DNA from: Octopus bimaculoides
Taxonomy: Eukaryota
Reading direction: 5' to 3'
Length of the DNA stretch: 64,000 bases
NCBI RefSeq assembly: GCF_001194135.2
Contig: NC_068997.1
Span: forward strand, 4,611,502 to 4,675,501
The notes under the pieces were generated by a model that saw nothing but the letters and a program-made list of their open reading frames with translations, was not told the origin of the DNA and searched no databases. Below, piece after piece: positions 12,135 to 25,215 of this stretch. A program made the position numbers and the translations under genes. Position 1 is the first letter of the stretch; each line of letters begins with the position of its first letter.

Positions 12135-12325
12135 CTTCCAAATTTTGGCACAAAGCCAGCAATTTCGGGAGAAGGGGGAAGTTGATTACATCAACCCAGT
12201 GCTCAACCAGTACTTATTTTATTGACCCCAAAAAGATGAAAGGCAAAGTCAACTTTGGCATAATTTGAACTCAAAATGTAGACAGATGAAATTCTACTAG
12301 GTATTTTGTCTTGCATGCTAATGGT
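12135..12325 (-). mobile_element. tRNA-derived SINE family B
   Basis: Reverse complement of ttctgagttcaaatt...gactttgcctttcatc...gataaaataagtac...ccttgtgccaaaatt. Confidence 0.8.
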
Positions 12326-12624
12326 TCTGTAAGAAGAAGGAAGACGATTTGATCTTGATTCCAGTGCCATAACACCTTTCATCAAGCAGTTTGCAGAAAC
12401 AACAAAGATTACCTTAAAATTTCTCACCAACACCACAACCACCACTACAACCGTTATTACGACCCACCTAAAACTCTCCAGCCAACCGGATGACCAACGA
12501 TCGCTTTAAGTGCACAACATCCCAGTCATCAAAGACTTTCAGAAAACAGGCTACAAAATGATAAAATCCATTAGGACAAGAAATCAACACCTCATCAATT
12601 TCTCTTGGTACAAGGATTTTAAAA

Positions 12625-12906
12625 AGATTTGGTAGATGGAAACTGAAAGAAGCCCGTCGGATATATATGTATATATATATGTGTGTGTACATGTTTATGT
12701 GTCTGTGTTTGTCCCCCCAACATTGCTTGATAACCGATGCTGGTGTGTTTACGTCCCCGTAACTTAGCAGTTCGGCGAAAAGAGATCGATAGAATAAGTA
12801 CTAGGCTTACAAACAATAAGTCCTGGGGTCGATTTGCTCGACTAAAGGCGGTGCTCCAGCATGGCCACAGTCAAATGACTGAAATAAGTAAAAGAGTAAA
12901 AGAGTA
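12625..12906 (+). mobile_element. SINE family A, 3' half, young
   Basis: gatttggtagatggaaactgaaagaagcccgtcg...ggcggtgctccagcatggcc...aaaagagtaaaagagt. Confidence 0.85.
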
Positions 12907-12924
12907 AGAAAAGTAGGTTAATCA

Positions 12925-13310
12925 GCAAACAAATCTTTGAAGACGCAGGAATCTCTAACATACAAAGGAAAAAATGTTGCACAACACTGAAAGAAATAGG
13001 CAAAGTCATAAATTTCACAAAATTGCCTCTTTTAAAGACAAGTACACAAAGAAAAAAAGAGTGACGTAGGCAAAAAGATATATGAGGACAGATTTTACAA
13101 ATGTAATTTTTACTGACGAGTACAGAGCAACATTAGATGGACATGATGGATGAGCAAGAGGCTGGGTGTTACATGGAAAAAGTCGACCAACATGATTAAG
13201 AAGACAGCAAGGTGGTGGAAGAATCATGTTTTGGGCTGGTATAGTTGGAGGAGACAGTATAGGTCCATTTAAGGTTGCTGATGGAGTCAAAATAAATGCT
13301 GAGAAATGTT
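12925..13310 (+). mobile_element. Tc1-like transposase fragment
   Basis: VIFTDEYRATLDG...RRQQGGGRIMFWAGIVG...GPFKVADGVKINAE. Confidence 0.85.
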
Positions 13311-13721
13311 CGTATTGGAACTTCTGGCACAAATGCCAAGCAGTACGGCATGTCGTTTCCAAATTTCTAGCAGAGTGAATTGTGCCATCCCGTAACTTAA
13401 CAGTTTAGCAAAAGAGACTGATAGAATAAATACTAGAGAATAAGTCCTGGAGTCGATTTGTTTAACTAAAAAAAAAGGAAGTGCTCAAGCATGGCCGCAG
13501 TCAAATGACTGAATCAATAAATGAATGAAAGATAAAGAATATATATATACACACACATATATACATATATATAGATATACATATATGATTATAAGAAAAA
13601 AAATTTTCTCCAATGCATAGACTTCACCTTGAAGTACCCCAGATATTCAAATCTGAGGCGTTAGAATAATGTAGAAGTGAGAAACAAATTTAGGCAAATC
13701 CAACTCACATGTACATTTATA

Positions 13722-14225
13722 TCTATTCAGCCATAGACCCAACATGCATGAATTTCTCCAAAAGTATGTTCAATACATTAGAAATATACATATAGAAACA
13801 TAAATATATAGATATATACATTAAGAATATATTGAAAAAATAAAAACATATATAGGTCGACTTAGAGATTACAAAACAAAGTCATAAAAAGAGTTAAGAA
13901 TCTATAAAATGAAAAGTTTGTGTTACTAATCCAGTTAATAATCTTGTGGCTGTTTCTGGGGGTCTGGTTGTCCAGTAATAAAAAAGATATTTACACTCAT
14001 TTTTGGATACCACCTCCTTCACATGAACTGAGAAAAGCAGTACATGTGAGCCTTTAGAGAAATTTATTTTCCTTGATGAAGGGAAAATGACTGAGAAACA
14101 AATTTAAAAAGAAGAGTTGTTTGCTTCATACTCCTCGTGTGCCGATTCTGCCCATAAGAAAGGAACAAATAATACAATGTGGCAGTAGGTCATAACACCC
14201 AGGCAACGCCAGGGTACATTGCTAG
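13722..14225 (+). mobile_element. Probable non-autonomous Helitron
   Basis: GC hairpin acccaggcaacgccagggt (14197-14215) then CTAG (14222-14225) followed by T. The A|TC 5' start near 13722 is tentative. Confidence 0.55.
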
Positions 14226-14603
14226 TACATTATACAACATAATAAACACATATAAATGTATGCAAATATAAGTTTCATAAACTATTCCACAGCAAATGGA
14301 TTCAACTTGCATTTCATTTCATACAATAACTTTGGCCAACAAAAAATTGAGTATTTTTTCCTCTTAATATTTCACCATTAATATCATCGCATCTGTTTAC
14401 ACAATGCTTATAGATTTAATGGCAAATAGATTTGAGACAGACACTATGCCAGAATTGTCTGGAACCAATAAGAAGAATTCTTTGGCCAGATGAGAAATGT
14501 TTTTTTGTAAAAATATAATTGGGTAAATACAAAAATATTAATAAGTCACAACAAATCCATTGATTTCGTGAGTATACATCAATTATATTTGGTCTATATT
14601 TTT

Positions 14604-14690
<87 letters not shown>

Positions 14691-14889
14691 GCTCTTGTAT
14701 TTTTAATTATTTGAAGTCTTCCTGAAAGGAAGTAGCTGGTTTCTAACAAAGATACATAGTTCCACTGTTGCAATGTAGATAACAATGTCACATGTTGGAC
14801 TTAAGAAAAATCCTGCATATTTTTACTATTCCACTTACAGATATTATTTGTAATAATATTTTTTCTGATTTTTTCTGAAAACTATTTTG

Positions 14890-15510
14890 TTCAGGTTGTC
14901 ATTTAGATAGTTACTAACAAAAGCAAGTGTACCAACTGGGATTGATATAAATGTGAATTTATGATCTTGATCTATAAGCTGGAAGTTTCAAAGCAGTTGT
15001 CCTCTTTCAATTTGATTTTCTAAAAGAACATTCACATTAAGAAGGCAGCTAACCTGTATGACAGTACATACCTTTTCTTGTCTGTTCTAAACAACAATAT
15101 ACAACCTGTTATGCTTACACTTGGTAGAGGTTTTGATGGGAATGTTCCACCAATATTTCTTATATTAATGCCTATGTATTCAATAACAGGGGCGATTCTC
15201 TATATTTATCTCAAGGTAGTCTTTTGTTGGATAGGATTGTATATTGTTTTAGTGATACTGTCATGTCAAATTGAGAGGTAGTACCTTGATGACATGTTTC
15301 GAGAGCTGCTGATAACAGGTGTGTTGTCTTTCACAGAAATGTGATGTACTTGACATTATTGGTTGCATCTTGAGGCTCCAATGACTTCAGTATGTCTTTT
15401 ATTTTTTAAATGTTTAGTAGTGTGCTCTTGCTCATGGATTACAAATGTATAACCTTCAAAGTATGATGTGATATGGCAGCCATGAATCTAAGGTTGCACT
15501 TCATGTCAAT
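14890..15510 (-). mobile_element. R4/REL-type LINE C-terminal remnant
   Basis: FEGYTFVIHEQE...SRYYL..HD...KKYWWNIPIKTSTKCKHN...KFTFISIPVG, decayed. Confidence 0.7.
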
Positions 15511-15834
15511 ATCTACAAATGTATGTTATTTTTTTAGTTTTATCTCTAGATTTTTTTGCCACTAGAGAAAGAGTTAGTTTCTAACCGAAATCCAAGGCTC
15601 CTTTATTGGAATTTCAGCATTAACAGGGTTGTTGTGCATATTTGCATGTATTTGGAGTCAGTGCATGTGCAGATTGGTATATTTTGTTTTATGTATGTAC
15701 GCTCATACATAGTTGCATGTCTAGATATACACGTATTTACAGGCATGGCCGCAATGAAATGACTGAAATAAGTAAAAGAATAAAAGAATATGCTAAACCT
15801 TTGGAAAGTTTTATAATTTTTTGACTATGCCAAA

Positions 15835-16300
15835 ATCACACAGCTTGTGACATATCATACCTTGGTTGACTTCATCAAGGCTTTTTCAAAGTCAAGATAT
15901 ATCACATCTACATTTGTGCTGTTGAGCAGCTGCTTTAACACCCAGTCATTGTGCTGTAAGAGTTGAGTCAGGTAGTGACTACTTGGTCAAAAACCATACT
16001 GGGTGCCAGTCATTCTCTTCAATGAAAGCAATTAGCTTCCTTCTGACTATTTGTTCCATACCTTTGCTGAAGTGTGAGGTCAGAGAAATAGACCTATAGT
16101 TTTTAGCATCTGCTCTGCTTCCTCCTTTATAGATAGGGTATATCATTCCCTCCTTCAATTTGCCTGGGAGTTTACCACCAGCAACGAAGTTCTGAGAAAG
16201 AAGCCACATTGGATTTGCTAGAGCTCATTTGCATGATTTGGGAAAGCTTGCTGTGAAACCATGAGGACCAGCTGCTAAGTTTGTGTCTCCCTAATCTATG
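15835..16300 (-). mobile_element. CR1-like RT fragment
   Basis: IYPIYKGGSRADAKNYRSISLTSHFSKGMEQIVR...NVDVIYLDFEKA. Confidence 0.85.
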
Positions 16301-16809
16301 ACCAGTATTACATCTTCTCCATTGATATCAATGTAATCACTGCCTCCCTGGTTACAGACTTAGTGGCAAAGAACTTTGCTCGTCTGTTCACTTGATTGTC
16401 CTAGCAACGGGTAGTAACAACACTTTTGAACTGTTTGTTCAGACTTTTCCCAACTTCCATCAGGCTTTTTACTATAACCTTTTAGCATTCAGATTACTCT
16501 GTCAAATGTAATGCTTATTTATTCACATTGTTTTGAATTAATCATGCATTATCTCATAGGTTCAAGATTTTGATGGTGTGGTTGTTTATTTTCAGAATGG
16601 CATTGTTTGGAAGGTGTGAGAGGCTGGATCTGACCAGTTTGAATAAAAAAACAATTAGAATATTTTGACTGGATATAGCCAGTTTAAATGCTCCCAACAC
16701 CTTCACATCACACCACGCTACACCATATCACACAACACACCACCACACACACACCAGCACTGACCAATTCCCATCCCCACATTTTCACACCTTCACACCT
16801 ACATACACG

Positions 16810-17130
16810 CATGCATACGTTAAGATCACCAGCATTCTCTCACACACATGCACCTTCGTTTTGGGATCACTACTTTTTTGTTATCTCCCCGTCTTCTTAT
16901 CTCTCCTGTGTGATCCTTCTGTCCGGCATTCGCCATGATAGATCGCTGACCACTACACATATATTTTTTTCTCTCCTTGTTTCTTTTTGTGTTCCTTTCT
17001 GTTGAAGAGTGTAGGCTCGTCACGTTAAAGATTTTTTCTATTCCCGAGCGTTATACTAATACATCTATTTGTTGTTTACACCACCTGTCTTCGTCTGTTG
17101 TTTTTTTGTGAATTCTCCCATATATATATG
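16810..17130 (+). mobile_element. Dispersed repeat, probably a Penelope-like terminal region with a decayed hammerhead-like motif
   Basis: CpG-rich segment containing ctgttgaagagtgtaggctcgtcacgttaaag. Confidence 0.4.
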
Positions 17131-18027
17131 TATATATAAATTCAATAATAGGATGAATTCTTTTACAAGAATTTATCAAGTAGCTAGCGTGAAAAAACCT
17201 CATAAGGGGAAAAAAATCCATCATTTATTCCCAAAATATATATTTATATTTATATAAGGGCATTACTATACAATAACGCCTCACGCATTGAGGGACTCTA
17301 AGGTCAGACTACTATAAAAAGCACATTTTTACCGAATGCGAGGAAATGCAACTCTCAAAGCCNNNNNNNNNNNNNNNNNNNNNNNNNNNNNNNNNNNNNN
17401 NNNNNNNNNNNNNNNNNNNNNNNNNNNNNNNNNNNNNNNNNNNNNNNNNNNNNNNNNNNNNNNNNNNNNNNNNNNNNNNNNNNNNNNNNTATTAATTTTT
17501 TTTTTCTTTTTAGTTTATTTGTCCATCAAAGTTCTTTTGTCCAGGATAAAATGGAATAGGCAGGGCAAGAGGAGACACAGAGGACAGAGAGTCACTGAAA
17601 AGATCACAGAATGTGTGATGAAAGAACTTTGACGGACAAATATAAAAAAAAAGTAAGTGATGCTCATAAGATCAAATATATATGGCATCTGTTTAATTGG
17701 CAAAAAATGATCATCCCCAAGTATAAGAATATCTGTTTCAACACACATTTTCACATCAAGAATCTTGCAAAACAAATACATAAACATATATTAAATTACA
17801 CAGACACACTTATGTATAGACATAAATATGCGTATTGTGCGTGCGCTTTCTTGCCTAGTCAAATGCGTGACTATCACATGTCAGTTTGATATCTTGGAAG
17901 GACACAAAAGCCATGATCTTTTTCTAGCCCTAGACTAGATCAAACAACAAAAGAGAAACCAGGATATTTCCTTTATATGAAAAGTGTCACTTTATCAGCA
18001 TAAAACCAGGATGTGTATTTCATATAT

Positions 18028-18217
18028 ATCATCATCATCGTCGTTTAACGTCCGCTTTCCATGCTAGCATGGGTTGGACGATTTGACTGAGGACTGGTGA
18101 AACCAGATGGCTACACCAGGCTCCAAGCTGATTTGGCAGAGTTTCTACAGCTGGATGCCCTTCCTAACGCCAACCACTCCGAGAGTGTAGTGGGTGCTTT
18201 TACGTGCCACCGGCACA
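18028..18217 (-). mobile_element. RTE-tail SINE, young copy
   Basis: catcatcatcgtcgtttaacgtccgctttccatgctagcatggg...ttacgtgccaccggcac with CpGs intact. Confidence 0.8.
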
Positions 18218-18224
18218 ATATATA

Positions 18225-18680
18225 TATATAATTATTAAAGAGGACAACAAATGTTAAGGTAAGGCAAACATCTCAAGTCATATATATTATTATTATTGGA
18301 AAAAATTAAAAGTCTTACAGGAATAAGGAGATGAAGAGAGAGAGAAGAAAAAAGAAGCATAAAAGTTCATAGTTCAACTTTCCAATGGTGCAGAAACAAG
18401 TGCATAAGCCCTTAGGTGCAATCCTGTGTGGATCCATATGGGTTAAAATCCTGATATTCTAAACATCCAGAGAAAAAAGATGCGAACATATCAATATTCA
18501 GTAACAGTTATTGAATGTTGATATGTTCGTGTCTTTTTCTCTGGATGTTTACACTATCAGGATTTTAACCCACATGGATATACGGAAAGTTGAACTATGA
18601 ACTTTTATGCTTCTTTTTTCTTCTCTCTCGTCATCACCTTATTCCTTAATGTTTGTTGTCTTCTTTAACAATTATATATC
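18225..18680. repeat. Large foldback (inverted duplication) with arm-specific indels
   Basis: The 18510-18680 arm is the reverse complement of 18225-18500 except for two extra blocks in the left arm. Centre about 18505. Confidence 0.9.
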
Positions 18681-18818
18681 CACTGCATCAGAAATCTGCA
18701 ATGGCTCCATAACTACCATCTCAGCTATAACCTTGGAGCCCTAGTAATCCGTTACAGCACTTACCTAGCATACCTAATCATTTAGATCACCTGTGAACTA
18801 AACTCCCATACTTTGTAA

Positions 18819-18897
<79 letters not shown>

Positions 18898-18929
18898 TAT
18901 ACATATATATATACATATATATATATGAA

Positions 18930-19975
18930 TTAATATGGATGTGATATATCTCAACTTTGCAAAGGTGTTTGATAAGGTTCATCATAGGATGATATGTCAC
19001 AAACTACGGAGACTTGACATAACTAGGAAAGTTGGAGACTGGTTGCATGACTTCTTAAAAGACAGAAGCCAGGCTGTAGCAGCCAACAGAGCCCTCTCCT
19101 CAGAGACAGTAATAGAAAGTGGAGTGCCCCAGAGAACTGTATTGGGGCCACTGCTATTCATGGTGGCTCTTTCAGACATGTCATCAGTTACACAGACAGC
19201 CTCACTTACTAACTATGTGTATGACACAAAAGTAGTACAAGCAGTCAAAGAACCTTCTCATGCAAATCTTCAACAGAAAGACCTAGATGCCATATATAAA
19301 TGGGCTGAGGACAACAACATGCAATTTAATGCAGGCAAATTGGTGCTCAGAAGTGACAACAACGATATTCTGGACCAAAAGGAATGGCAATCCCAGAATC
19401 ACATATGTGCATGATCTTGGGATTGATATGAGCAACAATGCCTCGTTTCACATGCATATCAACAAGATGGTGGCAGTGTGCAGGCGAATGACCAGATGGA
19501 TTCTGAGAACTTTCAGAACAAGGGACCAGGAAACTATACTTGTTCTCAGCTGTCTGGACTACTTCTCTCAGCTGTGGTCACCTTACAGTGTAAGATTAAC
19601 AGTAGAACTTGAGGTAGTTCAGCAATGCTACATGAGAAAGATTGCATCAATGAAACAGCTGAGCTACTGGGAGAGACTGAGAGAGCTACGACTCTACTCC
19701 CTGAAGTGAAGATGGGAGAGATATGCAGTGGTATATGTGTGGAAGATACTGGATGGGCTGACACCAAACTCTGGAATTGAGTTATACCAGACCTCAAATT
19801 GGATGTCACTGCACTGTTCCAAAAGTCCCAGCTGTCTCATCTAAGGCAAGAACTATGTACTGCAATAAGTTAGGATTCAAGGGCCCACAACTATTAACAC
19901 CTTGCCAAAGCATCTGAGGGATCACCACGGAGTGAGGGTAGATGTTTCCAAGAAACAACTCGACCTCTTGCTATC
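18930..19975 (+). mobile_element. CR1-like LINE RT and 3' region
   Basis: [17 protein letters not shown]...SGVPQRTVLGPLLF...DLGIDMSNNASF...QLWSPY...SYWERLRELRLYSL. Confidence 0.92.
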
Positions 19976-20544
19976 CAAGAGGGGAGCTACTTTTATTTAT
20001 GTACAGCTCAAGATCTTGACTCTACCCAGCTATTTCTTGAATAGGAAGAAAGAAATTTTCTCATTATGTCTCACAGCATAATTCAGCAGATTTCAAACTG
20101 CAAAATGACCCACAACTTACAGCTAACACAGTAGTAACATGGTACTTAGAACATAAAATCAAATATGAGATTGATCACTCCTATTTTGACAAAAAGAACT
20201 GTAGTATATAACTATTTATAGTACACATAAACTTGAATAGATTTGCTCTAACTTGTCTAACTTATAACATTCTTTCTCTTTCTAATTCTTGCGCACGCCT
20301 TCATAAACTCAAAGTATTGACTTTAAAGTATGCTATACATTTAATTGGCTTTAATATTTGTTTGTTAATCTAGTTTTCTATGTGTATATGTCTTTTGTGT
20401 ACTCATGGTTCTGAAACATTATATGATAGCTGCATTTCTCAATGTTGTGTAATCAGTCCATTACATAAACTGATATGTGCAGTAAGTTGTAATTTGATTT
20501 GTGACTTGAGATTATTTATATATGCATGTATGCGTGCATGCATG

Positions 20545-20578
<34 letters not shown>

Positions 20579-20789
20579 TGTATGTATGTATGTATGTATG
20601 TATGTTTGTGTGAGTTGCACCTAGAATAGTTTTGTCTCTTTATGTATAAGGGCAGCATTTCATATATTTTATTAATAATGTCATATTGATAATCCATGTC
20701 AGTGATCAGATGTTCAACATTACATCTATCAATTAAAAACAGTAGAAGCCAGCTTTAAACTCTAACTCCACTTGCTAATGTTCTACAGT

Positions 20790-21040
20790 TGGTATCAGGT
20801 GTTTTAATATATCAATATGTGATCCAGTTTTGGCACCATAACACAAAGGATTTCTGGAAGAATATTAAGAGACTTTTAATCTTGTTTTCACACACACTCT
20901 CTGATGATGAATTGTCATGTATTTTATCTTACGCCTTCAGAAACTCAATGCATTGGGTACCTTCAGCAATGTTTCATTTTATGATCCAGTACGTGAAACT
21001 ACTGAAACGAGTACAGATCAGCATGATAAAATGTAAGTAA
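20790..21040 (+). mobile_element. CR1-like LINE remnant
   Basis: Decayed QYVIQFW.../YVKLLKRVQ motifs of the RT C-terminal region. Confidence 0.4.
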
Positions 21041-21299
21041 AATGTTTAATAGTACTTGACTAAACAATGAAACTGAAAGAAGTTGTTTTTTTAAATTGTT
21101 TATATATAGAAGAAATACCTAACTATATCACACAATAAATGCCTATGAGAGTTGTAGACAAGACCATTAACATTAATGTTAACAGTGTGCTGTATGAGAG
21201 ATTTGTATTGATATGAACATTGAAAGTATAATTAACTTTTTTTTTTATATCAGTGGAATTAATTCATAATTCAGCAGTATGGTTGTAATGAACTAAGAC

Positions 21300-21590
21300 C
21301 CCCCCCCCTTTGATAATGAATGACCATGGAACTGCACCTAAAAAGTTCCCCTCTGAGGCACAAGTCTGGGCAAGGTTGTTTATGGAAGACTAGCAGTCAT
21401 CCATGCATACCAGCCTCTCCTCTCCAAGGGAAAAGCAAATGCCAATACAGCTTAACACCAGTGACATTGCAACACATTTCTACAGCTGAGTGAACTGGAG
21501 TAACATGAAATAATGTGTCTTGCTCAAGAACACAACACACAGCCCAGTCCAGGAATCGAACTCACTATCTCATGATTGTGAGCCCTGCTT
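21300..21590 (-). mobile_element. tRNA-headed SINE with CORE-like central domain
   Basis: Minus strand: gtgagttcgattcctgg (B box), then tgtgttcttgagcaagacac...ctccagttcactcagctgtagaaatg. Confidence 0.65.
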
Positions 21591-21689
21591 TGCAGAGCTT
21601 ATGTATTGATTGGTGAGCAGTTAAATGTCTTTGACAATATTATTCCGGCTAATACTTAGGCTTTAAAAAAAGTATATAATAAAATATAT

Positions 21690-21861
21690 CTCTTTTACTC
21701 TTTTACTTGTTTCAGTCATTTGACTGCAGCCATGCTGGAGCACCACCTTTAGTCAACCAAATTGAGCCCAGGACTTATTCTTTTGGTCTCTTTTGCCAAA
21801 CCAGCATCGGTTGTCACGTGATGTTGAGGGGACAAACACAGACACACAAACATATACACAA

Positions 21862-21902
<41 letters not shown>

Positions 21903-21905
21903 CAA
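21690..21905 (-). mobile_element. SINE family A, 3' half
   Basis: ctcttttacttgtttcagtcatttgactgcagccatgctggagcacc. Confidence 0.8.
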
Positions 21906-23947
21906 TGGGCTTCTTTGTTTAAAAAATCAGATTTCACAAATACCATTTTGTTACAGCAGGTTTATATCACTTTTATTTCATTTCAAGAATAATTGTTGCC
22001 CTTTCATTTCGCTGCCAAATTTCTGGAAAATGCTACCTTCAGTAATTTCATTCTCAGGATTATAAAATGAAACACCACCAAACCATTTTCCAATGTTGTA
22101 CACAGTGTATGTCTTATGTAAACTTCTGAAATCATAAAGATATATTGTGATTTCTATCTTGAGATTATTCATCAGTCTAAGGAAGACATCAGACAGTTTC
22201 TGTATAACATATTTAATGCTACATTTGTAGGAGCTTATTGTGATAAAAATATTTCAATCTTGATCTGTTTACATCTGATCCTTGCACTAAAAATATGCAA
22301 CTAGAAAATATCTTATCATTTCTCTTTATGTTTCTGACAAAAGCAAGTGTAATTTAAGACATTTTAAAAAATATTTGAACAAAAAAAAAGTCTGTAATCT
22401 GAGTTGACACTAAAAGCAGGTAGTGAGGTTAAGTTTATTTGCTACAAGTATTGGGAAATGGAGGGGCAGTGGAGGAGATAACTGGGGGGAGGGGGTAAAT
22501 GGCAGTAGGGTGAGGGACAACAATAGCATCTTTTTCTCCTCTTTTGTACTTCACCTATTTAGTTTCATAATATAATGTTTGCTTATTGTTGTATTTAGTT
22601 ACAACTCTTTAAGTTCTAAGTTCAAATTCCAACATGGTTAACTTTGTCTTTCATGCTTCCAAGGATGATAAAATAAAGTACCAATAAAATTTTGGAGGAT
22701 ATTACATTGACTACACCCTTCTTGCAATAAGAAGACACCAAGCAACAAATATAACTGATGTTACTGATTCATCATTGACAGACTGTGGCCATTCTGGAGC
22801 ACAGCTTTCAAGGGTTTTACACAATCATATACCCAGTACCTATTAGAGTTCAGGACTTAATTTATCAATCTTTGTTGTATCAAATGGCTTAAGTTATCTT
22901 TTGACATAAAGGGATGCAACTCAACACACTGCTACACACACATGCATGCACACACACTCACACACACACACACACACAAAGCACACGTGCACACACACAC
23001 ACACAGAGTTGCTGTCAACCAAATTCCACTTTCAAAGTATTAGTCACCCTCAAAGCAGAAGACAGAATCACAGTGAGATTGAACCCAGAATCACATGGCT
23101 GCAAAGCAAACTTCTTAACCACACAGCTATAGGTTAGAAAGGAATGTTAACTGTTTATTTGGCTTGAGTTATGTTGGGTTCTTTTCTTTATTGTTGTTGT
23201 TTTTGTTTTTGGGGGGGTAATTCTATACATTGTATCATGGTCATGCTGGAGCACCAACCTTCAAATCAAGACATTTTTGTTGTAGAACTCTGAGTGGGGC
23301 TGAAATACTGTATTCTAGTTTAGAATATCAATGTCCTAACCACTGAGCCACAAAAGCATTTATCTTTCAAAAAAGAAATGTTTTGGTGGTGATAGTAGTA
23401 GTAGTAGTTTAACAACACATAATATTATTTTACAATGTTAATTAACTATATTCAGTCAATGTTAGCACCAGATTAGAAAAAATATTCCTCTATTTTGTAA
23501 AATTGCAAGTTTTATCCCAAGATGTAATTACAGGAAGATTGTCAACACAAATACATTTGAAATAAACTATTCAACATAAACTTTGCTAACACTTTATCCA
23601 TTCATGATAATGATGATAATGATTAAGAGAACAACAATAATTTTATTACCCAAAATTCAGGTGTAATTCACAAAAATGTATGTTCAATAAATGACAACTA
23701 CCTAGAAAAATAAGACATGTCATTATCACATCAGGCTTAAATAGGAATAAAGTAGATGACATTGGTATCACAGTAAATCAGTTTAAAATAAGATATAGTT
23801 AGCATACACATACATTTTAAAATAAACAAGCATTTGCCTCTATATTCTGTACCAAGTCTTCTCTTCAACTGATGTTTATTTGTTGCATACATAGATGTAT
23901 TAACTGGATTAATATATATGTATATATATGTAAATATTTACATATAT

Positions 23948-24343
23948 AGGCACAGGCATGGCTGTGTAGTAAGAAGCTTGTTTCCCAACCACATGGTTCT
24001 TGGTTCAGTCCCACTGTATGGCACCTTGGGCAAGTGTCTTCTACTATAACCTTGGACTGACCAAAGCCTTGTGAGTGGATTTGGTAGATGGAATCTGAAA
24101 GAAGCCTGTCGTGTGTGTGTGTGTCTTTGTGTCTGTGTTTGTCCCCCCACCATCACTTGACAACCGATATTGGTGTTGTTACATCTCCTCAACTTAGCGA
24201 TTCAGCAAAAGAGAATGATAGAATAAGTACTAGGGTTACAAAGACTAGTCCTGGCGTCGATTTCTTCAACTAAAAAACCCTGTAAGGTAGTGCGTTAGCA
24301 TAGCCACAGTTAAATAACTGAAACGAGTAAAAGAATAAAAGAA
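23948..24343 (+). mobile_element. SINE family A, full length
   Basis: Head, internal TG tract and tail as at 5190. Confidence 0.85.
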
Positions 24344-24454
24344 TATATATATGTGTGTGCATATATATTAATGTTTGTTTTTATGTTCAGTTATAATAAA
24401 AACAATTTTACATTAATCTGAAGGGTTACTCTATATCATTGTAGAGTACAAATT

Positions 24455-24580
24455 TATTATTCTTATACAAGAATGTTGTTGACAGTGACTTCGAAGTTTC
24501 AGCCAGTTAAGCCATCATCCGATGATGGTTTAACTGGCTGAAACTTCGAAGTCACAACCAGCATTCTGATATAAGAATAA
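24455..24580. repeat. Near-perfect palindrome built from a partial hammerhead-like sequence
   Basis: gtgacttcgaagtttcagccagttaagccatcatc-c-gatgatggtttaactggctgaaacttcgaagtcac, 35-bp arms with one G.T pair, centre 24520. Confidence 0.9.
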
Positions 24581-24584
24581 TCTT

Positions 24585-24785
24585 TTCTACTGTAGGCACA
24601 AGGCCAGGAATTTTGGGAGAGGGGTTAAGTTGACTACATCACTCCCAGCATTCAACTGGTACTTATTCTATTGACTCCAAAAGGATGAATGACAAAACTG
24701 GCCTCAGTGAAATTTGAACTCAGAATATAAAGACAGACAGAATGTCACTAAGCATTTTGCCTGATGTGCTAACAATTCTGCCATA
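24585..24785 (-). mobile_element. SINE family B
   Basis: Reverse complement of the family B head-centre-tail sequence. Confidence 0.75.
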
Positions 24786-25215
24786 CATATATGTATAGCA
24801 GAATTCATATTTGCATGTGTGTATGCATGCAGGTATGTATAGACTTAACTGTCAACCACAAGTGAATATTAACTGGTAACTTGTATCCTGCTTTTACTAA
24901 TTGTTTAAGTATTCGTGCAGTCACAAGTAGATAGTGACATACTCTGGTCTCTCCAACTCACGATTCAGTAACACACCCAGGATGTGATGACTGGAAGGAT
25001 AGTGAGCTCCACCTGTATTAGACTGGTACTTGGTTCCAGGTGAGCAGACAAGAGCGTGCCTTATCATTGAAGGACACGATGTGTTGCCTAATCCAGAAAT
25101 TGAACCAATGACCTTCCAATCATCATCCCAACACACCAAGCCACTAGGCAAGTCATGTATATATGTAAACACATACACATAAATACACACATACACACAC
25201 ACACACTTATATATA

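Noticed and set aside
11684-12268. Many short ORFs rich in HT/YI/CV/I repeats here and across the window
   Set aside because: Translations of CA, TA, TATG and AAT microsatellites
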